Of a stretch of DNA of 64,000 nt, positions 51,760 through 64,000 are shown piece after piece. The notes under the pieces are model-generated. The model had not been told where the DNA came from. It saw nothing but the letters and a program-made list of their open reading frames with translations, and made no database searches. Location of the stretch: assembly GCA_964016885.1 (NCBI GenBank), contig OZ024752.1:6510001-6574000 (forward strand). Direction: 5' to 3'. The position numbers were made by a program, and so were the translations under genes. Each line of letters starts with the position of its first letter. Within the stretch, counting starts at the first letter, position 1. Source of the DNA: Eledone cirrhosa (lineage: Eukaryota).

Positions 51760-53730
51760 TCACCTCCGTCACTTTATACTCAGGTGAGTTGTAGTTTCAC
51801 CTCTGTCACTTCCTCTACAGGTGAGTTATAGTCTCACCACTGTCACTTCCTCTACAGGTGAGTTATAGTCTCACCTCTGTCATTTCATCTACAGGTGAGT
51901 TATAGTCTCACCTCTGTCATTTCATCTACAGGTGAGTTATAGTCTCACCTCTGTCACTTCATATACAGGTGAGTTATAGTCTCACCTCTGTCACTTCCTC
52001 TACAGGTGAGTTATAGTCTCACCTCTGTCACTTCATCTACAGGTGAGTTATCGTCTCACCTCTGTCATTTCATCCTCAGGTGAGTTATAGTCTCACCTCT
52101 GTCACTTCATCTACAGGTGAGTTATAGTCTCACCTCTGTTACTTCATCTACAGGTGAGTTATAGTCTCACCTCTGTCACTTCCTCTACAGGTGAGTTATA
52201 GTCTCACCTCTGTCACTTCCTCTACAGGTGAGTTATAGCCTCACCTCTGTCACTTCCTCTACAGGTGAGTTATAGTCTCACCTCTGTCACTTCATCCTCA
52301 GGTGAGTTATAGTCTCACCTCTGTCACTTCATCTACAGGTGAGTTATAGTCTCACCACTGTCACTTCCTCTACAGGTGAGTTATAGTCTCACCTCTGTTA
52401 CTTCATCTACAGGTGAGTTATAGTCTCACCTCTGTCACTTCCTCTACAGGTGAGTTATAGTTTCACCGCTGTCATTTCATCTACAGGTGAGTTATAGTCT
52501 CACCTCTGTCATTTCATCTACAGGTGAGTTATAGTTTCACCGCTGTCACTTCCTCTACAGGTGAGTTACAGTCACACCTCTGTCACTTCATCCTCAGGTG
52601 AGTTATAGTCTCAACTGTGTCACTTCATATACAGGTGAGTTATAGTGTCACCTCTGTCACTTCATCTACAGGTGAGTTATAGTGTCACCTCTGTCACTTC
52701 ATCTACAGGTGAGTTATAGTTTCACCACTGTCATTTCAGTCACACCACTGTCACTTATACAGGTGAGTTACAGTCACACCCCTGTCACTTCAACAGGTGA
52801 GTTACAGTTTCACCTCTGTCACTTCATCTACAGGTGAGTTACAGTCACACCTCTGTCACTTCATTCTCAGGTGAGTTACAGTCACACCTCTGTCACTTCA
52901 TTCTCAGGTGAGTTACAGTCACACCTCTGTCACTTCATCTACAGGTGAGTTACAGTCACACCTCTGTCGCATCATCTACAGGTGAGTTACAGTCACACCT
53001 CTCACTTCATCTACAGGTGAGTTACAGTCACACCTCTGTCACTTCATTCTCAGGTGAGTTACAGTCACACCTCTGTCACTTCATTCTCAGGTGAGTTACA
53101 GTCACACCTCTGTCACTTCATCTACAGGTGAGTTACAGTCACACTTCTGTCACTTCATCTACAGGTGAGTTACAGTCACACCTCTGTCACTTCATCTACA
53201 GGTGAGTTAGTCACACCTCTGTCACTTCATCTACAGGTGAGTTACAGTCACACACCTCTGTCACTTCATCTACAGGTGAGTTACAGTCACACTTCTGTCA
53301 CTTCATCTACAGGTGAGTTACAGTCACACCTCTGTCACTTCATCTACAGGTGAGTTACAGTCACACTTCTGTCACTTCATCTACAGGTGAGTTACAGTCA
53401 CACCTCTGTCACTTCATCTACAGGTGAGTTACAGTCACACTTCTGTCACTTCATCTACAGGTGAGTTACAGTCACACCTCTGTCACTTCATCTACAGGTG
53501 AGTTACAGTCACACTTCTGTCACTTCATCTACAGGTGAGTTACAGTCACACCTCTGTCACTTCATCTACAGGTGAGTTACAGTCACACTTCTGTCACTTC
53601 ATCTACAGGTGAGTTACAGTCACACCTCTGTCGCATCATCTACAGGTGAGTTACAGTCACACCTCTGTCACTTCATCTACAGGTGAGTTACAGTCACACC
53701 TCTGTCACTTCATCTACAGGTGAGTTACAG
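51760..53730. repeat. 37-bp minisatellite (ACAGGTGAGTTATAGTCTCACCTCTGTCACTTCATCT), about 53 units
   Basis: Direct tandem with two variant domains. Confidence 0.97.
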
Positions 53731-54297
53731 CCATACTAAACCCCTCCCTACCAGAACTACAACACTAGTTCTTCCTCACCCCTGGAGGTGTGTGGCTCAA
53801 TGGTTAGAGAATTGGATTTGCAGATCGAGCAATGCATTATGTCCTTGAGCAAGACACTTTATTTCACATAACTCTTTCTACCAGCAGTTGTGACCAGTAG
53901 ATGGTATCAGCTATTACATTCAGTTGTGGAGGGGTTGCTAATGTAAACAGTGTTTCTTTGGCCAGATTTGATGAATTCCACCTGACTTGGTAAGCAAATG
54001 ATGTCTGGTTTGTGTTTTTGTTGTGGTTTGTCTCGCATGTCAGACACACCACAATAAACACAAACCCTCATTCTCAATTTTATTTTTGAAAATTATGAGA
54101 ACTGTGAAACCAATATAGTAAATAAAAAACAAGATGGTGTGGGACAGAACAAAGGAGGGACACAAAATAAGAAATCAGTCGCTGAGGAGGTCACAGAATG
54201 TGTGATGAAATAGCTTTGACAATATATAAACAACCATCCGGTTATTGAACCAACCAAAAAGAAATTTATAATAAATTGAAGTGAAAACCAACAAGTG

Positions 54298-54621
54298 CAT
54301 GACCCTCCCAAACTATAGCTGTGTTTCAACATGACCCTCCCAAACTACAGCTGTGTTTCAACATGACCCTCCCATACTATAGCTGTGTTTCAACATGACC
54401 CTCCCAAACTATAGCTGTGTTTCAACATGACCCTCCCAAACTATAGCTGTGTTTCAACATGACCCTCCCAAACTATAGCTGTGTTTCAACATGACCCTCC
54501 CAAACTATAGCTGTGTTTCAACATGACCCTCCCAAACTATAGCTGTGTTTCAATATGACCCTCCCAAACTATAGCTGTGTTTCAACATGACCCTCCCAAA
54601 CTATAGCTGTGTTTCAACATG
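54298..54621. repeat. 32-bp tandem x10 (CATGACCCTCCCAAACTATAGCTGTGTTTCAA)
   Basis: Direct tandem. Confidence 0.95.
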
Positions 54622-55242
54622 TTTTCAGATAAGAAATCTTGAAAAATAAATTCAAAAACAAAGTAAATAAATATTCTTAAAAGACTCCAGTTTTATTTTC
54701 AATTTCTTTTCCTTATATTTTTACCCATATGGGACATTTAAAAAAAACTTTACTTTCTTATATATATATATGTGTGTGTGTGTGCATGTGTGTGCGTGTG
54801 TGTGCGTGTGTGCAAAAAGTAAACAAATAACAAAACAAAGAACGAGTGAATGAAAGGACGTGACAACCTTTCATTGGCTGGTTCATGTTGTTACTGTTGG
54901 TCTCTACATACATACATACATACATACATACATACATACACACACACATACACATACATAATGGCTGCAGTGAAGAAATATATTAGTTTAACACTTGATA
55001 TAGTAGGAAAAGAGTCAATGTTTCGGACACTGGTCCTTCATCAGAAGAAAAACACACGTGTGTATTCAGTCAGCCATTTTGACAAAAAAACATCATCATC
55101 ATCATCATCATCATCGTTTAACGTCCATGTTCCACGCTTGCATGGGTTAGGACGGGAGTTTTCCCACTTGAGGCAAGAGTGGTTGTCATTGCTCGCATAG
55201 GACTGTCTGACGGTATATATATATCTCTTCTCATCTTCTCAT

Positions 55243-55565
55243 TTTTATGTCCGCTTTTCCCTGCTTGCAAGGGTGGGACGGGAACTTATTCTGGCTTGAT
55301 TTCTACAGCTGGATGCCCTTCCTAACACCAACCTCATTTACAGTGAGTGCTGGGTGCTTTTTTGCCGTGGGACCTCTACAACCACTTTGCAGTGGAATGA
55401 TAGGGACCCCAGTCCCTATCATCTCATTTCTACAGCTGAGTAAACTGGAGCAATGTGAAATAAAGTGTCTTGCTCAAGGAAACAACACATCACCCGGTCT
55501 GAGAATTGAACTCACAACCTTTCGATTGCAAGCCCAATGCTCTAACCACTAAGCCATGTGCCTCC
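55243..55565 (-). mobile_element. Full-length copy of the same SINE
   Basis: Near-identical to 31268-31615. Confidence 0.9.
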
Positions 55566-56145
55566 ATATGTTTATATATGGAAGGGGGAGTGAGTCTGTG
55601 TTTACATTAGTGTCTTTACCTATTGATAAAATACATATCAGACTTGAAAAATATAAGTAGTGGTGTTGATGTGATTAATTATAATATGTTAAGGTGGTGC
55701 TCCAGCATGGCCACAGTTTAGTGACAGAAACCAGTAACAGAATAAAAGAAACAAAAATGAGTTTAGTATATTCTTAAGGCAGATGCAATGAATATACATA
55801 CGAAAATAATATTTAATTGGTATTAGTTAATTAGATAAGTTAATTGAATAACGAGTAAAAGAATATTTTACATGTGTGCCAGAAATTGGAATGTAGAAGT
55901 GAGGTGAAGTCCTCCGACCAAGGAGGAAAGTCTAACTACTCAGAATAGAACTCAAACCATTCCAGCAGGAGAAGTAAATATAAAGTGGTGGTGGTGATGA
56001 TGGTGGTGGTGGTGGTGGTGGTGGAGACAGGGGGGGGGGTCTTAGAATAGGTGTTTAAAATATTGTAGTACTTCAAACATTAACTGAATGAGACCTGACT
56101 TACCTATCAAACCCATGCAAGTTTGAAAAATAAATGTAAAATGAT

Positions 56146-56179
<34 letters not shown>

Positions 56180-56346
56180 TATATATATATATATACAATA
56201 TGTTGAAAAGGTAACACACCAGAGAGAGATATACAGTGCGCTATCAATAAAACAGGGAAAAAACCACCAGTGTATGGAATCTATACATATATATAGATGT
56301 AGACTGAACACTTTCATGTTCACAAGTGTTTTAGGCCTTTTTACCT

Positions 56347-56416
56347 TATTTTATCTGATGAGAACACAATTTTTGTCCCAGGATGATGTTGTTTTCGAAA
56401 TGCGCATAATAAAATA
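56347..56416 (+). ncRNA. Type I hammerhead ribozyme motif
   Basis: Stem I TATTTTAT/ATAAAATA; CTGATGA at 56355; stem II closed by GAA/TTC; GAAA; palindromic A-TGCGCA-T; AUA cleavage triplet. Confidence 0.8.
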
Positions 56417-56445
56417 TATGGAACTTTTTTAACCATCTTTTAATT

Positions 56446-56643
<198 letters not shown>

Positions 56644-56733
56644 AGGAAGCGTAACATGCAGTTACTGTAGGTTTACTCAGGTGAGCACTCGATGTGTAGC
56701 TTCATATCTGCAACGAGGTGTAGAGCTAAACAG

Positions 56734-56768
<35 letters not shown>

Positions 56769-57388
56769 GTTTAACATCACTCTTCCATGCTAGCATGGGT
56801 TAGTGTTTAGTGAAAGGTGTGTCACCACTCAAACGTAATGAAGACATAACAAATCGTCCTTTTGCTGAGTTCAATCCCGTCGAGGTTAACTTTGCCTTTC
56901 ATCCTTACGGGGTTGATAAAATAAAGTACCAGTAATGCACTGGGTAATTGCTGGCCTTGTGCCAAACGAAGAAATAATAATAATTATTATTATATATATA
57001 CATAATAATTATTATGAAGACCAAGATCCGAAGAGGACTCAATAAGGATTGCATATATAAAATATATACAAAAACCGTAGAGCAAATATTTATTATTTGT
57101 ACAGATTAAAGTTTAGGCAAAGAATCACTGCTTTCACCCTTTTACGGGACCTTTTGAAACTACATAGATAATGTGTGTGAGTGTATGTATATATGTGTGT
57201 GTGTGTAATATATATATAATATATATATATATATGAGTGTGTTTTATTATTGTTAACTTTGCCTTTCATCCTTACGGGGTCGATAAAATAAAGTACCAGT
57301 AATGTACTGAGTAATTGCTGGCCTTGTGCCAAAAGTAGAAACAATTATTATTTCTGGCAATATAACAATATGATCCTCCCCAATATAA

Positions 57389-57419
<31 letters not shown>

Positions 57420-57486
57420 GATTATATATATAATATATATATATTAATTCAAAATATTAATAAATATAGACATTCATGTAATCAAA

Positions 57487-57556
57487 TATATTTTATTATA
57501 TATATTTCAAAGGTACTGTGCTGTTTCCTCAGTACGTCCTCCTCAGATAAAATATA
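57487..57556 (-). ncRNA. Type I hammerhead ribozyme motif (sense to the MAGI pre-mRNA)
   Basis: Perfect 10-bp stem I TATATTTTAT/ATAAAATATA; CTGAGGA; stem II with GTACTG/CAGTAC; GAAA-TATATA-TA. Confidence 0.72.
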
Positions 57557-57670
57557 TACACTGATGTATGACATACCTCAACTGTGCTGATGGTTCAATT
57601 CCAGTCTTGGCAGTCATATATGTATATATATATATAATAAATATATATATAAGTATATATATAATAAAAC

Positions 57671-57832
57671 ATGGGCGTAGGTGGTGAGAACAGACCTCAG
57701 ATCATTGAAGCTCACAGTGGAGATGACGAGGGACCGTGACGAGTGGAGAGATGCTGTGCTGAATAAGACCCGTCCCACCCTTGCAAGCAGGGAAAAGCGG
57801 ACGTAAAACGATGATGATGATGATGATGATGA
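57671..57832 (+). mobile_element. Short 3' fragment of the 47200 RTE family
   Basis: Reverse complement of about 47200-47370 with an (ATG)n tail. Confidence 0.9.
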
Positions 57833-58255
57833 TTATATATACATATATATGTGTGTGTATATATATATATATATATTTATATGAGTGTGTTTTATTATTA
57901 TTTCTGGCAATATTATAACAATATGACCCTCCCCCAATATAATACATATATATTATATATATACATATATATATATGTGTGTGTGTGTGTGGAAAGTGCT
58001 GTAAAGAGAAGTTGATGACAAAACTTACCAAGAGAAGGGAGATGTAGGTGTGTTAAGGTGTTATGAAGCCAACCAGGTAGAGATCCAACTCTGTTAGTAC
58101 TATAGTACTAGGTAGGAAATAGCTAGATGAGGATCTGATAAAGTAAACTTTCCTGCTAACAAATTATTGCTGCTGCTGCTAGGCTGGAGACCAAATAGGT
58201 ACAATATCACACAAGTCATATATATATATATATATATATAGACATATATATATAC

Positions 58256-58304
<49 letters not shown>

Positions 58305-58318
58305 CATATATATGTGTG

Positions 58319-58350
<32 letters not shown>

Positions 58351-58374
58351 CATATATATATAAATACGTGTGTG

Positions 58375-58405
<31 letters not shown>

Positions 58406-58755
58406 GGAGAGAGACATATATATATACGTGTGTATATATATATATAGAGAGAGAGATATATATACGTGTGTATATATATAGAGACAGAGACATATATATA
58501 TACGTGTGTGTGTATATATATTTACGTGTGTGTATATATATATAGAGACATATATTTATATATATATATATATATATAAACATATATATGTAAACATATA
58601 TATATATACATACACATATATATGTATATATATATACACACAAACACATATAAACATATATATATACACACATATATATGTATATATATATATACACACA
58701 AACACATATAAACATATATATATACATATATATATATACACACATATATATATAT

Positions 58756-58806
<51 letters not shown>

Positions 58807-58922
58807 TATATATACACATATATATGTATATATATACATATACATATACTCTATTACATACTCCCAACTGGTTATGTTGTTGTTTTTATCTCCTTTTGTG
58901 TTTCCCTATGGACAATAACTAA

Positions 58923-58938
58923 CACTACTACTACTACC

Positions 58939-58973
<35 letters not shown>

Positions 58974-59058
58974 CACCACTACTACCACCACTACTACTAC
59001 TACCACCACCACTACCACCACCACCACTACTACTACCACCACCACCACTACTACCACC

Positions 59059-59132
<74 letters not shown>

Positions 59133-59211
59133 CACCACTACTACTACCACAACAACTACTACTACCACAACAACTACTACTACTACCACCACCACCACCA
59201 CTACTACCACC

Positions 59212-59267
<56 letters not shown>

Positions 59268-59289
59268 CACAACAACTACTACTACTACC

Positions 59290-59327
<38 letters not shown>

Positions 59328-59778
59328 CACCACCACCACTACCACCACCACTACTACTACCACCACCACCACCACCACCACCACCATCACTACCACTACT
59401 ACTACTACCACCACAACTACTACTACTACCACAACAACTACTACTACTACCACAACAACTACTACTACTACCACAACAACTACTACTACCACAACAACTA
59501 CTACTACCACAACAACTACTACTACCACAACAACTACTACCACAACAACTACTACTACTACCACCATCACTACCACAACAACTACTACTACTACCAACAC
59601 TACTACTACTACCACCACCACTACTACAACAACTACTACTACTACTACAACAACTACTACTACTACCACCACTACTACTACTACTACCACTACTACTACC
59701 ACCACCATCACCACCACCACCACCACCACCACTACCACTACTACTACTACAACAACTACTACAACAACTACTACAACA
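58923..59778. repeat. Compound (ACT/ACC/ACA)n trinucleotide tract, about 860 bp
   Basis: Direct inspection; gives poly-Thr and poly-Val pseudo-ORFs. Confidence 0.97.
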
Positions 59779-60024
59779 AACAAGAGTAATAATAATTGTT
59801 TCTACTTTAGGCCAGTAATGTGTAGGGGAGGGGAAATTTGATTAAATCAACCCCAGTGCATTACTGGTACTTTATTTTAGTGAACTTGTAAAGATGAATG
59901 GCATACTTAACCTCAGTGGGATTTGAAGTGTAAAGGGACGTAACTCTATGTCGATGATTAGGTTAAGTTGTCCAATTAGCTTTTAAAAGACAATTTAGAC
60001 AACACCTGGGATATATTGTCCTAT

Positions 60025-60200
60025 GACACACAGACAGACACATATATATATATATACACACACACAGACAGACATATATATATACACATATATATAGACA
60101 GACATATATATATACACACATACACACTGACAGACATATATATATATATATATAAACACATACACACTGACAGACATATATATATAGACACATACACACT

Positions 60201-60241
<41 letters not shown>

Positions 60242-60250
60242 ACACAGACA

Positions 60251-60302
<52 letters not shown>

Positions 60303-60321
60303 GACATATGACACACAGAGA

Positions 60322-60369
<48 letters not shown>

Positions 60370-60632
60370 GACATATGACACACAGAGAGACATATATATA
60401 TATAGACACTGTCAGACATATATATACACTGATATACAGACAGACATATATATATACAGATACACACTGACAGACATATACATACAGATACATAGATACC
60501 CACACAGACAGACAGATAGACAGTCACACACAGAGGGGGTGGATGAGGGAGGGGGGAATGTTTATCTCACAGGTGAACATACCTGACATGTATATAAGAA
60601 AATAGGATTTATATACTGGGTAAACACACACA

Positions 60633-60666
<34 letters not shown>

Positions 60667-61203
60667 CATATATATATACACACACACATATATATACACA
60701 TACACATATATATATACACACACACACATATATATATATACACATATATATATACACACACACACACATATATATATACACACACACAGATATATATACA
60801 CACACACATATATATATACACACACACACATATATATATACACACACACACATATATATATACACACACACATATATATACACACACATATACACACACA
60901 TACATACACACATACATACACAGATATATACACACACATACATAGACACACACACATATACATACACACATATATACATACACACATATATACGTATATA
61001 TAGACACATACATACACACACATATATACATACACACACACATACATACACACACACATACATATACATACACACACACACACACACATATACATACACA
61101 CACATATATACATACATACACACACATATATATATATACATATACACACGCATACATATATATATATACACACACACACATATACATACATACATACATA
61201 TAT
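60025..61203. repeat. Compound (TA)n/(CA)n microsatellite (similar tracts 1-214, 1558-1980, 39533-39880, 42230-42520, 42950-43253, 56451-56640, 58218-58848)
   Basis: Direct inspection. Confidence 0.97.
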
Positions 61204-61807
61204 AAAGAGGTGTTTATAAGAACAGTAAACATGTCCAGTGTGAAGACTATGGTGCCATCTTACCATTTATTGTACGGTTCCTTCATGTCAGGTGGGGGGG
61301 GGGGTGTAAGGGGGGGGGATATTACAGGTGAGAATAATCAGTTGGCAGGGAAGATTAGAAATAAAATATAGAATATACATCACATTCTTGTATTTAGTCC
61401 AGATATTAGAGGTAACTTAAAATTAAATCAAGTCTTTTCATCTGGTACATAGAGTAAATATTTACCATGTAATTAAGAAACTTGGAATATTTTCCTGTTA
61501 CTTTGAAGTGAAATAACAAATTCAAAACAACATGGCATTTAATCTTTGAAAACAAAGTGTTATCTCAAAAATCTAGAGAGAAGCTTGCCTCCTGCCTAAA
61601 TCAATATTCTCAAAAGACTATTTTGCATAAATTTGAATGATATTCAAGTAATTCCTATAAATTTATTTTTAAACATATTTGTATGTAGATCATAAACTTA
61701 TGATGTTCTGTATTAAGTAAGGTTTATGACATCACATCTTCCATATATTTCAATGTTTTTACTGGTTTCAGTCATTGGACCATGGCCATGCAATGGTACT
61801 GCTTTAA

Positions 61808-62770
61808 CCCTTTAGCATTTAAACCAGCCATATCCAACCAGAATGCCCTCACCTCTTTCTGTTCAAACTAGCTGTAACTGGCCACTCATATTGATGTCAA
61901 CCCTTTAGCATTTACATTACTCTAGTATTATATTTTAATGGTAAAGGTTTTATTTCACATAATATGGAATCTACGAAATGTTGATGATGTTATGATTTAT
62001 TTTGAGAACAATAGCCTAATGTCAGTATGCACAGTCAGTTATGGCTGGTTTGAAGAGAAAGAGAAGAGAGAATTCTGACCAGATATGGCCAGTTTAAATG
62101 CTAAAAGGTTAAGGTATTGTACTCAAAATAAATAATATCAAAATCTCATAGGTTCAATATTATGTGGAATAAAGACTTTACCATGAAAATATAATAGTAT
62201 ATATAGAGTAATGTAAATATTATGTGAGGTAAAGCCTTTACTGTGACAATACAATAGTATATATAGAGTAATGTAAATATTATGTGAGGTAAAGCCTTTA
62301 CTGTGACAATACAATAGTATATATAGAGTAATGTAAATGTTATGTGAGTTATTATGTGGGGTAAAGCCTTTACTGTGAAAATACAATAGTAGATATAGAG
62401 TAATGTAAATGTTATGTGAGTTATTATGTGGGGTAAAGCCTTTACTGTGAAAATACAATAGTAGATATAGAGTAATGTAAATATTATGTGAGATATTATG
62501 TGAGGTAAAGCCTTTACTGTGAAAATACAATAGTAGATATAGAGTAATGTAAATGTTATGTGAGTTATTATGTGAGGTAAAGCCTTTACTGTGAAAATAC
62601 AATAGTATATATAGAGTAATGTAAATGTTATGTGAGATATTATGTGAGGTAAAGCCTTTACTGTGACAATACAATAGTATATATAGAGTAATGTAAATGT
62701 TATGTGAGATATTATGTGAGGTAAACCCTTTACTGTGAAAATACAATAGTATATATAGAGTAATGTAAAT
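61808..62770. mobile_element. Same piggyBac-like MITE with 69-bp array, containing a nested unexpanded copy (61901-62108)
   Basis: Outer TTAA-CCCTTTAGCATTTAAACC. The inner copy has both TIRs with TCAA/TTAA flanks, at the internal TTAA that is intact in the 15699 copy. Confidence 0.85.
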
Positions 62771-63684
62771 GGGAGTTTTAGTTGATCATATCAACCCTAC
62801 TTATTTCTTCAAGTCCAGTACATATTTTATTGATCTCTGCTGTCAAACTGTTAAGTTTAGGTCAGATACAAAAGTAAACAAACACATGAACATATATTAA
62901 AATGGTAAGAAACTCTCAGGAGAGCTAGACAGCAGGTCTTAAGAGCAGAGCAGCCTGCCTTCATGCAAGAGTTGTGGCCCTTATTATATAGTGGGATTAT
63001 GCCTAACATCCTTTCAAGTGAAGGTGCCATAAAAATGCACCATGTTGATTGTTAGTGACAGGAAGGGCACCTGTTGTAGAAACAATGCCTAAAAGGGTGG
63101 AGAGGACCCTTTAGTTGTGTCAAAGACATAACAACCTCTCCAGTGTTGGTGATCTACACGATAAACACACCCAGTACACACTGTAAAGTGGTTGGTGATA
63201 GGAAGGGCATCCAGCTGTAGAAAGTTCCCAAACAAGGTGTTATGAGGACCCTTCAGTTGTATCAAAAGACATGCCCTGCTTCAGTACTAACTTGATTTAT
63301 ATAGACCTGCCCAACCCTTGCTAGCAGGGGAAGTGGACATCAGATGATGATGATGTCTATCAACATGTTGATTGTCCAAGCATGCTGGGATCTGGGTGTG
63401 ACCTTTGTTGATAGGGAAAATGAACATTAAGTGATGATGATGATACTGATGATGATGATATTAGTGAACAATCCAAGGCTCTAGAGAAAAAACTTGGGAA
63501 TGGACCTGAAATGAAATGGTTACAAAATGAACTCTTTAGCCACATAGCTGGGCATCTATTTAAAAAAGTATGTCAAGAGACTTCTACAAGTTCCATGTTG
63601 GCTGATCTACACATATTGTAACACCTCAAAGGCCATTAAAATCAAAATCTAAAGAAATAAACTAAACTGAATGTTGATGACTTG

Positions 63685-63937
63685 GGTATAAGGGGAATTA
63701 GGTGTAGTGTCCAAGAGAGAATACTACACTAGTGTGGGGTGGATGGATGATGACCACTGGTCAAGAAATAGCAATATATCTGAGAGGAAGGAAACCACAG
63801 TAGAAAAAAGACTAAGGATGACCTGGGTAGATCTCAAATTGATGAGACTCACAAAGGAGGTGACAAAGGAACACAGGGATATTGTGGTGGGAAAGACCAG
63901 TCCAACCCATGCAAGCAGGGAAAAGCTGGCGTAAAAT
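63685..63937 (+). mobile_element. Degenerate RTE 3' end
   Basis: Decayed GIRCSVQER...WVDLKLM...KTSPTHASREK with the family tail. Confidence 0.65.
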
Positions 63938-64000
63938 AGTGAAGTTTTTAGATATTTTCTCTGAAATTATTATAGGATGTTAAGAATTAAGAGAGAGGAA

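Noticed and set aside
58028-58181. Possible minus-strand exon (CTCCAG acceptor, GTAAGT donor)
   Set aside because: No recognisable peptide and stops in the frames examined; it could only be untranslated, which is unsupported.
58678-59841. Mucin-like poly-Thr ORF
   Set aside because: Trinucleotide microsatellite fused to a TA-repeat translation; no signal peptide or splice support.

Overview
Eukaryotic, AT-rich and extremely repeat-dense DNA. The SINE, RTE and microsatellite content suggests an octopod cephalopod (inference). The only host gene is a minus-strand MAGI-family scaffold (WW/PDZ MAGUK-inverted). Five clear exons (24304-24368, 8319-8519, 7159-7821, 2870-2910, 2600-2696) and one probable exon (14586-14663) chain with consistent GT-AG phases. 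They encode the end of WW2, PDZ1, PDZ2 and linkers; both gene ends lie outside the window. The introns hold RTE-clade LINE fragments with a PHD finger inside the RT region, two tRNA-derived SINE families, hAT, piggyBac-like and Tc1/mariner-like MITEs, and large minisatellites, several visibly grown from pieces of those elements. There are two standout observations. (1) A set of short (TA)n-embedded, partly fold-back elements carries type I hammerhead ribozymes with covarying 8-nt palindromic stem III (Penelope/retrozyme-like). (2) A candidate unannotated MAGI exon (50089-50250) is phase-compatible with the WW2 exon and encodes a di-cysteine/polybasic peptide. Almost all ORFs in the supplied track are translations of repeats. 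All calls were made by eye; no searches were run.
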